A stretch of 63,770 nt of DNA, counting the filler, from an uncultured bacterium (GTDB taxonomy: Bacteria; CAZDME01; JAYEMH01), in assembly GCA_964506785.1 (NCBI GenBank). It is 4 parts of 4 records of this genome, joined end to end, with 100 filler letters (N's around TTAATTAATTAA, not from the genome) between each part and the next. Parts side by side here need not be neighbours in the genome. Positions count along the whole stretch, not along the records: positions 37,178 to 54,687 come from CAZDME010000028.1; 3 more parts are not named here. One strand, written 5' to 3'. The position numbers and the translations under genes were made by a program. Of this stretch, positions 39,734 to 50,014 are shown piece by piece. A model generated the notes under the pieces. The model was not told the origin of the DNA. It saw only the letters and a list, made by a program, of their open reading frames with translations, and ran no database searches. Numbering within the stretch: position 1 is the first letter of the stretch; each line of letters starts with the position of its first letter.

Positions 39734-42601
39734 TCAAGCAAGCACTTTCCTTAAAAATTTCCCGGTATAGGATTTTTTAGCTCTGGCTATTTCCTCCGGA
39801 GTGCCGCCAGCTATCACCCGGCCGCCTAAATCGCCCCCTTCAGGGCCCAAATCAATTATGTAATCGGCTGATTTAATTACCTCTAAATTATGTTCGACAA
39901 CCAAAATGGTATTACCTACTTCAACCAGACGGTTTAAAACATTCAGCAATTTTTCTATATCAGCGAAGTGAAGGCCGGTAGTCGGCTCATCCAAGAGGTA
40001 AAGTGTTTTCCCGCTTTTTCTGCTTATGCCGCTAAAGACATAACCGCCGTATTTACTTAATTCGGCGGCTAATTTTATCCGCTGGGCCTCTCCGCCGGAA
40101 AGCGTCGTTGCCGACTGGCCTAATTTTATATAACCCAGGCCGACATCATTTAGAGTCTGCAGTTTTACTTTTATCCGGGGAATAGCCTCAAAGAATTCTA
40201 AAGCCCCCTTAACGGACATATCCAATACCTCGGCAATATTCTTACCTTTGTAGCGCACCTCCAGGGTTTCCCGGTTGAAACGGAGCCCTTTGCAAACATC
40301 ACAGGAAACATAAATATCGGGGAGAAAATGCATTTCTATCTTGATTATTCCGTCTCCCTGGCAGGCTTCACAGCGTCCCCCTTTGACGTTAAAACTGAAC
40401 CGGCCCGGTTTATAACCCCGCATCCGGGCTTCAGGTACTTTGGAGAATAGTTCCCGAATAGGCCCGAAGGCACCGGTATATGTCGCCGGGTTAGAACGCG
40501 GCGTGCGGCCAATCGGGGATTGGTCAATAACCACCACCGCCTCGATATTTTTTGTTCCTAAAATATCCTTGTGTTTTCCCGCTTTAATCTTGGAATGATA
40601 AAATTTTTGGGCCAGGGCTTTATAAAGAATTTCATCAACCAGAGTGCTTTTCCCGGAACCGGAAACACCGGTTACGCAAACAAACAAACCCAGAGGAATC
40701 TTTACGTTTATATTTTTTAAATTATTCTCCTGAGCCTGGCGAATCTCCAGAAATTTTTTGCCCGGTATTCTCCTTTTTTCTGGAATAGGAATTTTAAATT
40801 TCTTATTCAGATATTTACCGGTCAGCGAACGAGAGTTCCGCAAGACATCGTCAATCTCTCCCTGGACAATAACCTCGCCTCCTAATGTACCGGCCCCCGG
40901 TCCTAAATCAATAATATAATCGGCGGCTCTGATAGTCGCCTCGTCATGCTCGACAACCAAAAGGGTATTGCCCAAATCACGCAATTGTTTTAAGGTGTTA
41001 AGCAGGCGGAAGTTATCCCGCTGATGAAGGCCGATACTGGGCTCATCGAGAATATAGACAACGCCAACCAAACGAGAGCCAATTTGTGTCGCCAGTCGTA
41101 TTCGCTGCGATTCCCCTCCGGAGAGAGTACCCGATTTGCGGTCTAAAGTCAGATAATCCAATCCGACATTAAACATAAAATTCAATCTCTCTTTTATTTC
41201 CTTAATTACCTCGCGGGCAATTTGAAAATCCCGCCGGCTTAGCCTGAGCTCCGAGAAAAACCGATGGGCCTCTTTTACCGACATCCGAACCAAATTATCG
41301 ATATTTCTTCCGCTAATGGTAACCGCCAGGCTCTCTTTGCGTAGTCGGGCTCCTTTACAAAGGGGGCAGGGAAGTTCACTCATAAACTTTAAAATCTCCG
41401 TTTTGATATATTCGCTTTCTGTCTCTTTAAACCTTCTTTCCAGATTGGGAATAACCCCTTCAAAATCACTTTCGTAGTAATAGGGACGCCCTCTCTTCCA
41501 GTGGCGAAAAGCCATTTCTTCCCCGCCGGAACCGTAAAGAATTATTTTCTGAATTCTCTTAGGAAATTTTTCAAAAGGCTCATCCATGCTGAAGCGATAA
41601 TGACTGGCTAATGCCCTGAGAATACGGCGGTAATAAAGAATCAAATTCCTTCCTCCCCGACGCCAGCCTTCTATGGCGCCTTCGGCCAAACTTTTCTTCT
41701 TATCCCGAATGACTAAATCCGGGTCTACCTCTAAACGCGTCCCCAACCCACCGCAGCGCGAACAGGCTCCATAAGGGCTGTTAAAGGAAAAGAGGCGGGG
41801 GGAAAGCTCTTCAAAGCTGATGCCGCATTTGGCACAGGCAAAATGTTCACTGAAAAGATACTCGTCAACCTTTCCTTTAATTTTGACATTGACAATAACG
41901 ATGCCTCCCCCAAGTCTTAAAGCCATCTCTAAAGATTCAGAAAGGCGGCCTTTAACTTTACTGCTTTTAACGATTCTATCGACGAGAATTTCGATATTAT
42001 GTTTCCTGTTTTTATCTAATTCGGGAAAGGTTTCATCTATCTCTATGATTTTGCCATCAAGGCGCATCCGGATAAAACCTTCACGGCGGGCGCTGGCAAA
42101 GATTTGTCGATACTCTCCTTTTCTACCCCGAACCAGCGGGGCAAAAATGCTAATTTGAGATTTTTCCGGAAAGGTTAACAACCGGTCAACTATCTCTTGA
42201 ACCGTCTGGGGGGTGACCGGCCGGCCGCAGCGATAACAATGAGGTTTGCCAATCCGGGCAAAGAGAAGGCGCAGGTAATCATAGATTTCCGTAACCGTGC
42301 CTACCGTCGAACGAGGATTGGCGCCGGCCTTGCGCTGTTCAATAGAAATTGCCGGTGAAAGGCCTTCGATGGATTCAACCTCCGGTTTTTTCATCTGCTC
42401 CAAGAACTGGCGGGCATAAGCGGAGAGACTCTCGACGTAACGGCGCTGCCCTTCGGCATAAATGGTATCAAAAGCCAGGGATGATTTCCCCGAACCGCTC
42501 AAGCCGGTAATCACCGTCAATTTATTCCGCGGTATCTGAACGGTGATACCTTTTAAATTATGCTCTCTTGCTCCTTTGACAATTATCTCTTCTGTAGACA
42601 T
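39734..42601 (-). CDS. uvrA: Excinuclease ABC subunit A
   Basis: Two ABC ATPase domains ([18 protein letters not shown]) and zinc fingers. Confidence 0.99.
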   Translation of the reverse strand: MSTEEIIVKGAREHNLKGITVQIPRNKLTVITGLSGSGKSSLAFDTIYAEGQRRYVESLSAYARQFLEQMKKPEVESIEGLSPAISIEQRKAGANPRSTVGTVTEIYDYLRLLFARIGKPHCYRCGRPVTPQTVQEIVDRLLTFPEKSQISIFAPLVRGRKGEYRQIFASARREGFIRMRLDGKIIEIDETFPELDKNRKHNIEILVDRIVKSSKVKGRLSESLEMALRLGGGIVIVNVKIKGKVDEYLFSEHFACAKCGISFEELSPRLFSFNSPYGACSRCGGLGTRLEVDPDLVIRDKKKSLAEGAIEGWRRGGRNLILYYRRILRALASHYRFSMDEPFEKFPKRIQKIILYGSGGEEMAFRHWKRGRPYYYESDFEGVIPNLERRFKETESEYIKTEILKFMSELPCPLCKGARLRKESLAVTISGRNIDNLVRMSVKEAHRFFSELRLSRRDFQIAREVIKEIKERLNFMFNVGLDYLTLDRKSGTLSGGESQRIRLATQIGSRLVGVVYILDEPSIGLHQRDNFRLLNTLKQLRDLGNTLLVVEHDEATIRAADYIIDLGPGAGTLGGEVIVQGEIDDVLRNSRSLTGKYLNKKFKIPIPEKRRIPGKKFLEIRQAQENNLKNINVKIPLGLFVCVTGVSGSGKSTLVDEILYKALAQKFYHSKIKAGKHKDILGTKNIEAVVVIDQSPIGRTPRSNPATYTGAFGPIRELFSKVPEARMRGYKPGRFSFNVKGGRCEACQGDGIIKIEMHFLPDIYVSCDVCKGLRFNRETLEVRYKGKNIAEVLDMSVKGALEFFEAIPRIKVKLQTLNDVGLGYIKLGQSATTLSGGEAQRIKLAAELSKYGGYVFSGISRKSGKTLYLLDEPTTGLHFADIEKLLNVLNRLVEVGNTILVVEHNLEVIKSADYIIDLGPEGGDLGGRVIAGGTPEEIARAKKSYTGKFLRKVLA

Positions 42602-42722
42602 GGTTTGCCTAACTGGTTAATGCTTCATCCTGCCTAAAAAAAATACCGGGTGACTCCACCCAGATTATTAGTTTTTTTCCTGCACCTTTTTCTTGCACCT
42701 ACGAGGTGCAAGTTTTTAGGAT

Positions 42723-43541
42723 TTACCTCTGGCATTTGGGGCAGTAGTTCGTTCCCCGGCCGCCTAACTTTATCGATTCAAGCCTGCTTCCGCATTTAGG
42801 ACAATTTTTTTTATCCCGTCCATAAATCAAGAGTTTATCTTCGTAGTCCCCTTCTTCTCCGTCGGTAGTTACATAATTATCCACGGAACTACCTTTATAT
42901 CTTATTGCCTCTTTCAAAATGCCTTTGAGCGCTTCTAATAATTTTTTGATTTCTGAATCTTTTAATCTCTTAGCCGGCCTCAAAGGGCTGATCCCGGCCC
43001 GAAATAGGGCCTCAGCCGCATAGATATTGCCAATACCGGCAATTAGACTCTGGTTCATCAAAAGCTGTTTAATTTTGGTAGGGCGTTTATCTAAAATTTC
43101 TTTGAATTTTTCCAGGTTAAAAGATGAATCCAAGGGGTCAAACCCCAACTCGTTATAGGTAGAAAACTTCTCCATTCTATCCACCAGATTCATCGTGCCA
43201 AAACGGCGTAAATCTATAAAACGTAAATCTTTCCCGGAGGCAAATCGAAAAATAATATGGGCATGTTTTTCTATCGGGCCATTTTCTTTCTCAACGATAA
43301 GCTGTCCGGTAAGTTTCAAATGAATAAAAAGAAAGTTCTCACCCTCTATTTCTAAAATTATATATTTCCCCCGGCGCTTTACGCCTTTGATTTTTTTGTT
43401 AGTTAATCTTTTTTTTAATTCAGCAGGCGCCGGTCTTTTTATCGGCTTGGGAAGATTGATTATTACTTCCTTTATAATCTGGCCAACTATCTTTTTCTCA
43501 AGCTCTCTTTTTATCGTTTCTACCTCTGGTAATTCTGGCAT
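42723..43541 (-). CDS. mutM: Formamidopyrimidine-DNA glycosylase
   Basis: MPELPEVE start, GIGNIYA, C-terminal CPKC...CPKCQ zinc finger. Confidence 0.98.
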   Translation of the reverse strand: MPELPEVETIKRELEKKIVGQIIKEVIINLPKPIKRPAPAELKKRLTNKKIKGVKRRGKYIILEIEGENFLFIHLKLTGQLIVEKENGPIEKHAHIIFRFASGKDLRFIDLRRFGTMNLVDRMEKFSTYNELGFDPLDSSFNLEKFKEILDKRPTKIKQLLMNQSLIAGIGNIYAAEALFRAGISPLRPAKRLKDSEIKKLLEALKGILKEAIRYKGSSVDNYVTTDGEEGDYEDKLLIYGRDKKNCPKCGSRLESIKLGGRGTNYCPKCQR

Positions 43542-43543
43542 AA

Positions 43544-44005
43544 TCACTCCTGTTTCAAACCGGCTAAAATCTTTTTCATTTTGTTTAGACAATCAGGAAT
43601 ATCTTTGGCTTTAATGACCCCTTCGATATCCCAGGTTTCCAATCCGATAACTGGGATTTGAAAATGGAGCGCATAGCTTATTTCAGAAAGGGTGCCGTAT
43701 CTTCCGTCAATAGCAACAATTAAATCAGAATTGCGGACAACTAAAATGTTCCTGGCGAGGCCCAGACCGGTAACCACCGGAATATCCACATATTTATTTG
43801 CTTCTTCTTTATCAATACCGGGTAGAATCCCCAAGGTTTTTCCCCCGGCTTTTTTCGCCCCGCGGCAGGCCGCCTCCATCACCCCGGAAAGGCCTCCGGA
43901 AACTAAAACCATTCCCAGCCTGGCAATTTCACTGCCAATTTGCTCAGCCATTTTAAGGTGACTGGCTGAAGCCAGATGTCCCCCGATAACACCGATAGTT
44001 TTCAT
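43544..44005 (-). CDS. LOG-like / TIGR00725-family protein
   Basis: SGGLSGVMEAACRGA, GILPG, ARN, GRYGTLSEI. Confidence 0.88.
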   Translation of the reverse strand: MKTIGVIGGHLASASHLKMAEQIGSEIARLGMVLVSGGLSGVMEAACRGAKKAGGKTLGILPGIDKEEANKYVDIPVVTGLGLARNILVVRNSDLIVAIDGRYGTLSEISYALHFQIPVIGLETWDIEGVIKAKDIPDCLNKMKKILAGLKQE

Positions 44006-44049
44006 TTTAACCTCTGCTATGAGACGTCAGCCCAGAACTACGGGCTAAT

Positions 44050-44853
44050 CTAGGTTCCTATCTTTATCTTCTCAATAATATTTTTCAAGGCGGCAATAGC
44101 CGAAAGCGGAGCAATAAAACTCGTTTTGGGATTATCCGGGGAGGGAAGATTATCAGTGCGGCTTAGCATTTGGCCAAATTTTCCTTTAACGGCAATCTCG
44201 TGGCTGTTGGTTTTAAATTCGGGGCTGGTAATAATACGTACCCGGGTTTTCTCCGGACCAATACCGGCAAAACTTAAAGTGGCGGCAACATTAATATTCT
44301 TGGGAAAAGCCTTGACCGCCTCCAAGGCTGTCCCTTCAAAAATGACCATTTCTTTATCGATTTTTTTTAAATCAATTTTTTTCTCATAAATGTATGGGGC
44401 GCCCGCCAAAGAAGCCGGAGATTTTCTGGTGGTCAAAGTTACGGAATCTATCCCGGCTTGAGAGGCTGCTTTTACCCCATCAATACCGGCAATTGCCCCG
44501 GAAGGCAGAAAAAGCCTGCCTTGACTTTTCCTGGCTATCTCAATTATTTCCGGACTGATTAATAACCCGCCTGTACTCATCAAAAAAAGGTCTTTGTTTT
44601 TTTTAAAAACCAAGCGACCGATTTCCTTGACTGCTTTAACTGAAGCAGACTCAACCACCAAATCGGATAAATCAATCAAGTCCTCTAAAGAGAGAACCTT
44701 CGGCTTTCTTTTTAAGCGGCTAACTAAGTTCTGGCTTTTTGCTTCATCTAAATCGTAAACAGCGGCCAGAAAAGCTTTAATCTTTCCTTCATCGATCGCT
44801 TGAGCGATTAAACCGCCAATAGTGCCGCAGCCAACTAAACCAATCTTAATCAT
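44050..44853 (-). CDS. nadX: L-aspartate dehydrogenase
   Basis: GCGTIG, PSGAIAGIDG, FPKNINVAA, NPKTS; next to nadA. Confidence 0.93.
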   Translation of the reverse strand: MIKIGLVGCGTIGGLIAQAIDEGKIKAFLAAVYDLDEAKSQNLVSRLKRKPKVLSLEDLIDLSDLVVESASVKAVKEIGRLVFKKNKDLFLMSTGGLLISPEIIEIARKSQGRLFLPSGAIAGIDGVKAASQAGIDSVTLTTRKSPASLAGAPYIYEKKIDLKKIDKEMVIFEGTALEAVKAFPKNINVAATLSFAGIGPEKTRVRIITSPEFKTNSHEIAVKGKFGQMLSRTDNLPSPDNPKTSFIAPLSAIAALKNIIEKIKIGT

Positions 44854-44854
44854 C

Positions 44855-45772
44855 TCAACTTATCTCCAGCATCCGCTGAATCGCCCGATAAGCAGGCTGG
44901 CGGATTGACTTTTCCACTGTAATTTTATATTTGCTTTCTTCCAAGGCTTCAATTATTTTCTCCAGAGTTATCAATTTCATGTTGGGGCAAATAAGGCTGG
45001 AAGAACCCAAATAGAATTTCTTGTCCGGGTTTTCTTTTCTTAAGCGATAGAGCATACCCTGTTCGGTCCCGATAATTAATTCCTTAACTTTAGTCTCCCG
45101 GGCATATTTAAACATTCCCGCCGTACTGCAGACATAATCGGCTAAAGCCAGAACTTCAGGGACGCATTCGGGATGGGCAATAAATTCTGCCCGGGGGTGT
45201 TCCCCTTTTACCTTGAGAATTTCTTTGGCTTTTACCAAGGCATGAGTTGGACAAAAACCTTTCAAAAGAATCACCTTCTTGGTTGTATAGGCCGAAACAT
45301 AATGGCCTAAATTCTTATCCGGGATAAAAATGATTTCTCTATGAGGCAGGGCATTAACCACTTTAATTGCATTGGAAGAAGTACAGCAAATATCGCTTTC
45401 CGCCTTTATCTCTGCCGGTGAATTTACATAGGAAACTACCCCGGCCTGAGGATACTTCTTCTTTAAAACTTGAAGTTTATCCACGTTAATCATCCGGGCC
45501 AAGGCGCAATCAGCCTCTAATACCGGGAGAAGAACCGTCTTTTCAGGAGAAAGAATAGCGGCAGTTTCAGCCATAAATCTTACCCCGCAAAAAACAATAG
45601 TCTCTGCTTCAGTTTTAGATGCCTTACGGCTTAACTCCAGAGAGTCACCGGTGATATCAGCAATCTCCTGGATAATATCCGGCTGGTAATTATGGGCGAT
45701 AATTACCGCTTTTTTCTCTCTTTTGAGCTTTTTAATACGCTGGATTTTCAAAAGGTTTTCTTGACTAATCAT
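44855..45772 (-). CDS. nadA: Quinolinate synthase
   Basis: AHNYQ, FCGVRFMAE, AHPEC, CPNMK. Confidence 0.97.
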   Translation of the reverse strand: MISQENLLKIQRIKKLKREKKAVIIAHNYQPDIIQEIADITGDSLELSRKASKTEAETIVFCGVRFMAETAAILSPEKTVLLPVLEADCALARMINVDKLQVLKKKYPQAGVVSYVNSPAEIKAESDICCTSSNAIKVVNALPHREIIFIPDKNLGHYVSAYTTKKVILLKGFCPTHALVKAKEILKVKGEHPRAEFIAHPECVPEVLALADYVCSTAGMFKYARETKVKELIIGTEQGMLYRLRKENPDKKFYLGSSSLICPNMKLITLEKIIEALEESKYKITVEKSIRQPAYRAIQRMLEIS

Positions 45773-46125
45773 TTTGTTTCTTTTGTTTTATTTTTCTCAT
45801 CGACAAAGATTAATTTGGGGCTAAATCCAGGGATATCCTTATCTTCAAGAAGACAATAGGAAATAATTATTAACCGGTCGCCGACGACCCCGGCACGGGC
45901 AGCCGCCCCATTTAAACAGATAACCCTCGAGTCTTCTTTACCCGGACAAACATAGGTTTCTAGACGCTTCCCATTATTGAGGTTCAAAACCTGAACCCTT
46001 TCGTAGGGAAGCATATTAGCCGCGTTCATCAAGGCCTGATCAATAGTGATACTGCCGTTATATTCCAAGTTAGCCTCGGTAACTGTTGCCCCATGAATCT
46101 TTGACTTACACATTATCCTCTGCAT
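45769..46125 (-). CDS. panD: Aspartate 1-decarboxylase
   Basis: KSKIH.ATVT, Y.GSITID, NGAAAR. Confidence 0.98.
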   Translation of the reverse strand: MQRIMCKSKIHGATVTEANLEYNGSITIDQALMNAANMLPYERVQVLNLNNGKRLETYVCPGKEDSRVICLNGAAARAGVVGDRLIIISYCLLEDKDIPGFSPKLIFVDEKNKTKETK

Positions 46126-46982
46126 TAATTCTCACCTCGCGCCTTTAGATTATCAATCAATCTGGCTTTACCAATCCAAACAGCCAGGGTGATTAATACC
46201 TCTTTTTTTATTTTTTTAACCGGCGCTAAACTTTCCGGGTCAACTATTTCAATATAATCAATTTTAGCTAAGGGCTCCTTTTTTATTAAATACCGTATTT
46301 TCCGAATTATCGTATCGGTGCTTTTCTCGCCGCTTTTAATTAAGGAGCTTGCTTCCTTTAAAGAGCTATAAAGAATAAGGGCGGCTTTTCTTTCCCTGCT
46401 GTTTAAATAAGAATTTCTTGAGCTTATGGCTAAACCGTCCTCTTCCCGGACGATAGGGAGGATGTCTATTTTTATATCCGTATTTAAGTCTCTCACCATT
46501 TTTTTTATAATCTGCGCCTGCTGGGCATCTTTTTGTCCGAACAGGGCAATGTCCGGTTGGACGATATTAAAGAGTTTCATCACCACTGTAGCTACCCCTT
46601 GAAAATGTCCGGTCCGGGAACGCCCGCAAAGCCCATCCGACATTTTTCTCACCCTGACCCAGCTAAGCTGTTCTTCCGGATACAACTCAGAAACATCGGG
46701 GGTAAAGATTAAATCTACTCCTGCCTGCCGGGCTAATTTTAAATCTTTTTCTAAGTTACGGGGATAGCGGCGGAAGTCATCAGCCTGATCAAATTGTGTT
46801 GGATTGACAAAAATGCTTATAACGGCATAATCACATTTTTCTTTGGCGGCGGCGATAAGAGAAAAGTGCCCTTGATGTAAAGCCCCCATCGTAGGAACAA
46901 AACCGATAGTTTTACCTTCCTTTTTAAGGACATTAACTATCTTCCTTACTTCTTTTATTGTTTTTATAACCTTCATATTCAA
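46125..46982 (-). CDS. panC: Pantoate-beta-alanine ligase
   Basis: VPTMGALHQGH, FGQKDAQQ, SSRN, RLIDN. Confidence 0.98.
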   Translation of the reverse strand: MNMKVIKTIKEVRKIVNVLKKEGKTIGFVPTMGALHQGHFSLIAAAKEKCDYAVISIFVNPTQFDQADDFRRYPRNLEKDLKLARQAGVDLIFTPDVSELYPEEQLSWVRVRKMSDGLCGRSRTGHFQGVATVVMKLFNIVQPDIALFGQKDAQQAQIIKKMVRDLNTDIKIDILPIVREEDGLAISSRNSYLNSRERKAALILYSSLKEASSLIKSGEKSTDTIIRKIRYLIKKEPLAKIDYIEIVDPESLAPVKKIKKEVLITLAVWIGKARLIDNLKARGEN

Positions 46983-47054
46983 GTTGCCGTTTTAGAAACA
47001 AATCTGCTTGGCTAATCCTTCGCCTATAAAGTTTAGTAAACCTGCCCCCCGGCT

Positions 47055-47642
47055 CTACTGACCAGCAAGGATAAACTCTTTTTTAATCTCTTTTGAAACT
47101 AATTTTTTAATAATCCAGCCGTAAAAAATAACTATTATAACCGCCATCATTGATAAAAATATCCGCATCCCCATGAATACCGCCTGGAAATTTGACATCA
47201 CACCCGGGAAATCATCATACGCCGGCACTTCAGGTATTACTGCCCGCATTATCTTCCCCTGAAAAAACAACCCTCCCAAGCTCCAGATAATCCCCATAGC
47301 CAGGATAGAAATAAATAATATTCTGGCCCAATTCTTACGTTTCAATAAACCGATAGAAGAAACAAGCGTAACCGCTGACACAATAAAGTACATACAAAAG
47401 ATAAAGCGAATATGTGAAATCAAGAAAAGTAAAATTGCCGGCATATATGCGGTTACTTCTGAATTGCATGAGAGTTGTTCTCTTCCAATTGCCGGGAATA
47501 TCGAAGAAGCCAGAATATTTTGAATGAGCGAGCTGAAAGTGGTAAATCCCGCCGTTATGATAGATATCCAGGCAAGAATAGTTACGAATTTAGATTTTCC
47601 CTGCGGAGGCAATTTTAATATTGATTTTTTAGCTTCAGCCAT
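47055..47642 (-). CDS. Hypothetical four-TM membrane protein
   Basis: Four hydrophobic segments, GLLKRKNWAR motif; sits between panB and panC. Confidence 0.75.
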   Translation of the reverse strand: MAEAKKSILKLPPQGKSKFVTILAWISIITAGFTTFSSLIQNILASSIFPAIGREQLSCNSEVTAYMPAILLFLISHIRFIFCMYFIVSAVTLVSSIGLLKRKNWARILFISILAMGIIWSLGGLFFQGKIMRAVIPEVPAYDDFPGVMSNFQAVFMGMRIFLSMMAVIIVIFYGWIIKKLVSKEIKKEFILAGQ

Positions 47643-47728
47643 TTTTCTCAATCCCTTCGTAGCTTTGCACTTATGCACTGCAAATTTTCAGCTACTTCTC
47701 CGCCTGCCCGGTGGAAACTTGGCATCAG

Positions 47729-48535
47729 TTATTTAAAACTTTCTTCGTCGCTCGGGAAATTGCCGCTTTTGACATCTTCGGCAAAATGCCGGAAAGCCTG
47801 CCGCATCTCTTTATTCAATTCAGCATAATGCCTGACAAATCTGGGCCTAAATTCTCCATACAAGCCTAACAAATCATGGGAAACTAAAATCTGCCCGTCG
47901 CAAAAAGGCCCGGCCCCGATGCCAATAGTGGGAACAGATAACTTCTTGGTAATTTTTTGTGCCAAATCTTTAGGAACACACTCAAGCACCAGGGCAAAAA
48001 TCCCGGCTTCCTCAAGAATCTCGGCATCCTCTAATAATTTTTTGGCCTGGCCTTTTCCCTTTCCCTGGACCTTATAGCCTCCTATTTTATGGACGGATTG
48101 CGGGGTGAGCCCAATATGCCCCAGAACCGGAATACCCACTTCAACCAAGGCTTCAACCTTTTCGGCTATTTCTTCGCCGCCTTCTAATTTTACCGCTTCG
48201 GTCCCGGCTTCTTTGATGAACCGCCCGGCATTTCTTATCGCTTCAGTAATACTTTCCTGATAACTCATAAAAGGCATATCGGCAACTAAAAGAGCCGAAT
48301 CATTTCCTTTCTTAACCGCCCGGGTATGATGCAGCATTTCCTCCATAGTTACCGCGAGCGTATTTTCATGGCCTAAAACAACCATACTTAAAGAGTCCCC
48401 TACCAGGATTAAATCAATATTCACCGCATTTAAAATCCTTGCCGTTACATAATCGTAGGCAGTAAGAGCAACGATTTTCTCTCTTTTCTTCTTTTTCTCT
48501 TTTAGCGTAACTACCGTTACTTTCTTCTGCTCCAT
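47729..48535 (-). CDS. panB: 3-methyl-2-oxobutanoate hydroxymethyltransferase
   Basis: LTAYD, LVGDSL, VKLEGG, GHIGLTPQS, GIGAG. Confidence 0.98.
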   Translation of the reverse strand: MEQKKVTVVTLKEKKKKREKIVALTAYDYVTARILNAVNIDLILVGDSLSMVVLGHENTLAVTMEEMLHHTRAVKKGNDSALLVADMPFMSYQESITEAIRNAGRFIKEAGTEAVKLEGGEEIAEKVEALVEVGIPVLGHIGLTPQSVHKIGGYKVQGKGKGQAKKLLEDAEILEEAGIFALVLECVPKDLAQKITKKLSVPTIGIGAGPFCDGQILVSHDLLGLYGEFRPRFVRHYAELNKEMRQAFRHFAEDVKSGNFPSDEESFK

Positions 48536-48571
48536 GTTCCTCCCCTCTAATTCGGTTCTACTGCAAGCCAC

Positions 48572-48622
48572 GAACTATCAGCCTTCAGCTATGAACTATC
48601 AGCCATGAGCCAACAGCCATGC
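48572..48622. repeat. Degenerate heptamer array (AGCYATN)
   Basis: aactatc agccttc agctatg aactatc agccatg agccaac agccatg. Confidence 0.7.
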
Positions 48623-48640
48623 ACTAAAGTTTAAACTTTG

Positions 48641-49279
48641 CTATTTTGCCCGGCTATAGAATCTCACCCCGCTTTTCATCTTTCTTATCTGGATAATTAA
48701 ATCATTCAAGTCACTCTTTTTACGAACGAAGTCAATCTCGTTAGTGTTAATAATAAGGAGAGGAGAGTCCTGATAATTAAAGAAAAATCGGCTATAGGCC
48801 CGATTAACCTCGTCAATATAGGCACGGCTAATTCCCCTTTCAAAATCGAATTTTCTTTCTTTAATTCTTTCCATCAAAACATCGGTGTCGGCCTGCAGAT
48901 AAATAACTAAATCAGGCTGTGCCAGGCGGGAAGCCAATATTGGCTGAAGTCGTTCGTAAAGCTTCAATTCGTCTTCATTCAGGTTTAAATAGGCAAAGAT
49001 CCGGTCCTTTTGGAAAAAATAATCGGCTACCAATCCCTGGCTGAAAAGGTCTCCCTGAGACAGCTCCATTTGCTGCCGGAAACGGGAAAGAAGAAAAAAC
49101 GTCTGCGTTTCAAAAGCATATCTTTTTGAATCAGCATAAAACTTCTTAAGGAACGGATTATCCTCAATAACCTCTAAGACCAGCTGAAGATTAAGCTCTT
49201 GGCTTAACATCTCAGCTAATCTGGTCTTCCCTACTCCGACCGGTCCTTCAATCACCAAATATCGATTTTCTTTTTGCAC
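48641..49279 (-). CDS. Deoxynucleoside kinase
   Basis: IEGPVGVGKT, NPFL..FY, FLLSRF.Q, PDLVIYLQA. Confidence 0.93.
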   Translation of the reverse strand: MQKENRYLVIEGPVGVGKTRLAEMLSQELNLQLVLEVIEDNPFLKKFYADSKRYAFETQTFFLLSRFRQQMELSQGDLFSQGLVADYFFQKDRIFAYLNLNEDELKLYERLQPILASRLAQPDLVIYLQADTDVLMERIKERKFDFERGISRAYIDEVNRAYSRFFFNYQDSPLLIINTNEIDFVRKKSDLNDLIIQIRKMKSGVRFYSRAK

Positions 49280-49878
49280 TAATTCCCCTCACTATATAGC
49301 CGTATCCCTTTATTATCCTTCACCCTGTTAAGCAAATCTTTTATTCTGTTTTTTAAAACTGGATGGTAAAATTCCGGATTGATTTCCGCAAGAGGCAGCA
49401 AAACAAATTTTCTTTCGGCGAGACGGGGATGCGGAATCTCTAAATCCAACTCCTTCAGGACCAGATTATCAAATAATAGAATATCCAGATCAATAAGCCG
49501 CGGCCCCCACTTTACCCCGTTAGAGATCGGTGGCCTTTGGCGACCGTCAGCCGCCTCGCCGAAGGAGAACCATTGGTTCCCAGCGAGATGCGCTGACGTC
49601 TTATCTCTAACGGGGTTTATTTCTCTCTTTCGTCCTAATTGTCTCTCAATTTTCTGCAAAATTCTAAGGACATTACGGGGGCTGAATTCTGTTTCGACTT
49701 CAATAACCTGATTGAGAAAATAATCCTGCGGCGGCCCGCCTACCGGCTCGGTTTCGTAAATTGAAGATCTCTTTTTAATCTTGAGGTCTCTTTCCGTCCC
49801 GAGTAATTCTCTTGCCCTTCTTAGATTTCCGGCTCTATCCCCCAGATTCGAACCCAGGGAGAGATAAACAATATTCAT
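49279..49878 (-). CDS. folK: HPPK with a 35-aa in-frame insertion
   Basis: YLSLGSNLG, SSIYETEP, WGPRLIDLDIL, IPHPR...R.FVL.PL. Confidence 0.96.
   Translation of the reverse strand: MNIVYLSLGSNLGDRAGNLRRARELLGTERDLKIKKRSSIYETEPVGGPPQDYFLNQVIEVETEFSPRNVLRILQKIERQLGRKREINPVRDKTSAHLAGNQWFSFGEAADGRQRPPISNGVKWGPRLIDLDILLFDNLVLKELDLEIPHPRLAERKFVLLPLAEINPEFYHPVLKNRIKDLLNRVKDNKGIRLYSEGN
49514..49616. mobile_element. 103-bp MITE-like element inserted in frame in folK
   Basis: Perfect 14-bp inverted ends ACCCCGTTAGAGAT/ATCTCTAACGGGGT, flanked by TT on both sides; removing 105 bp restores RKREIKWGPR. Confidence 0.88.
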
Positions 49879-50014
49879 TTTAAATAGCGGATGTAAATGG
49901 ATTAAAAACCTCGGATAGATAAGCATCCCTGCCGCAAAAGCAGGGGTTAAGCCTGAAAATCAGTGACCGCTCTACCTGCCTGTCGGCGGTCAGGACAAAC
50001 GGGTTCAATCTTTG

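Noticed and set aside
40010..40060. Short extra peptide in UvrA ([10 protein letters not shown])
   Set aside because: No inverted repeat or duplication at DNA level; probably a normal variable loop.
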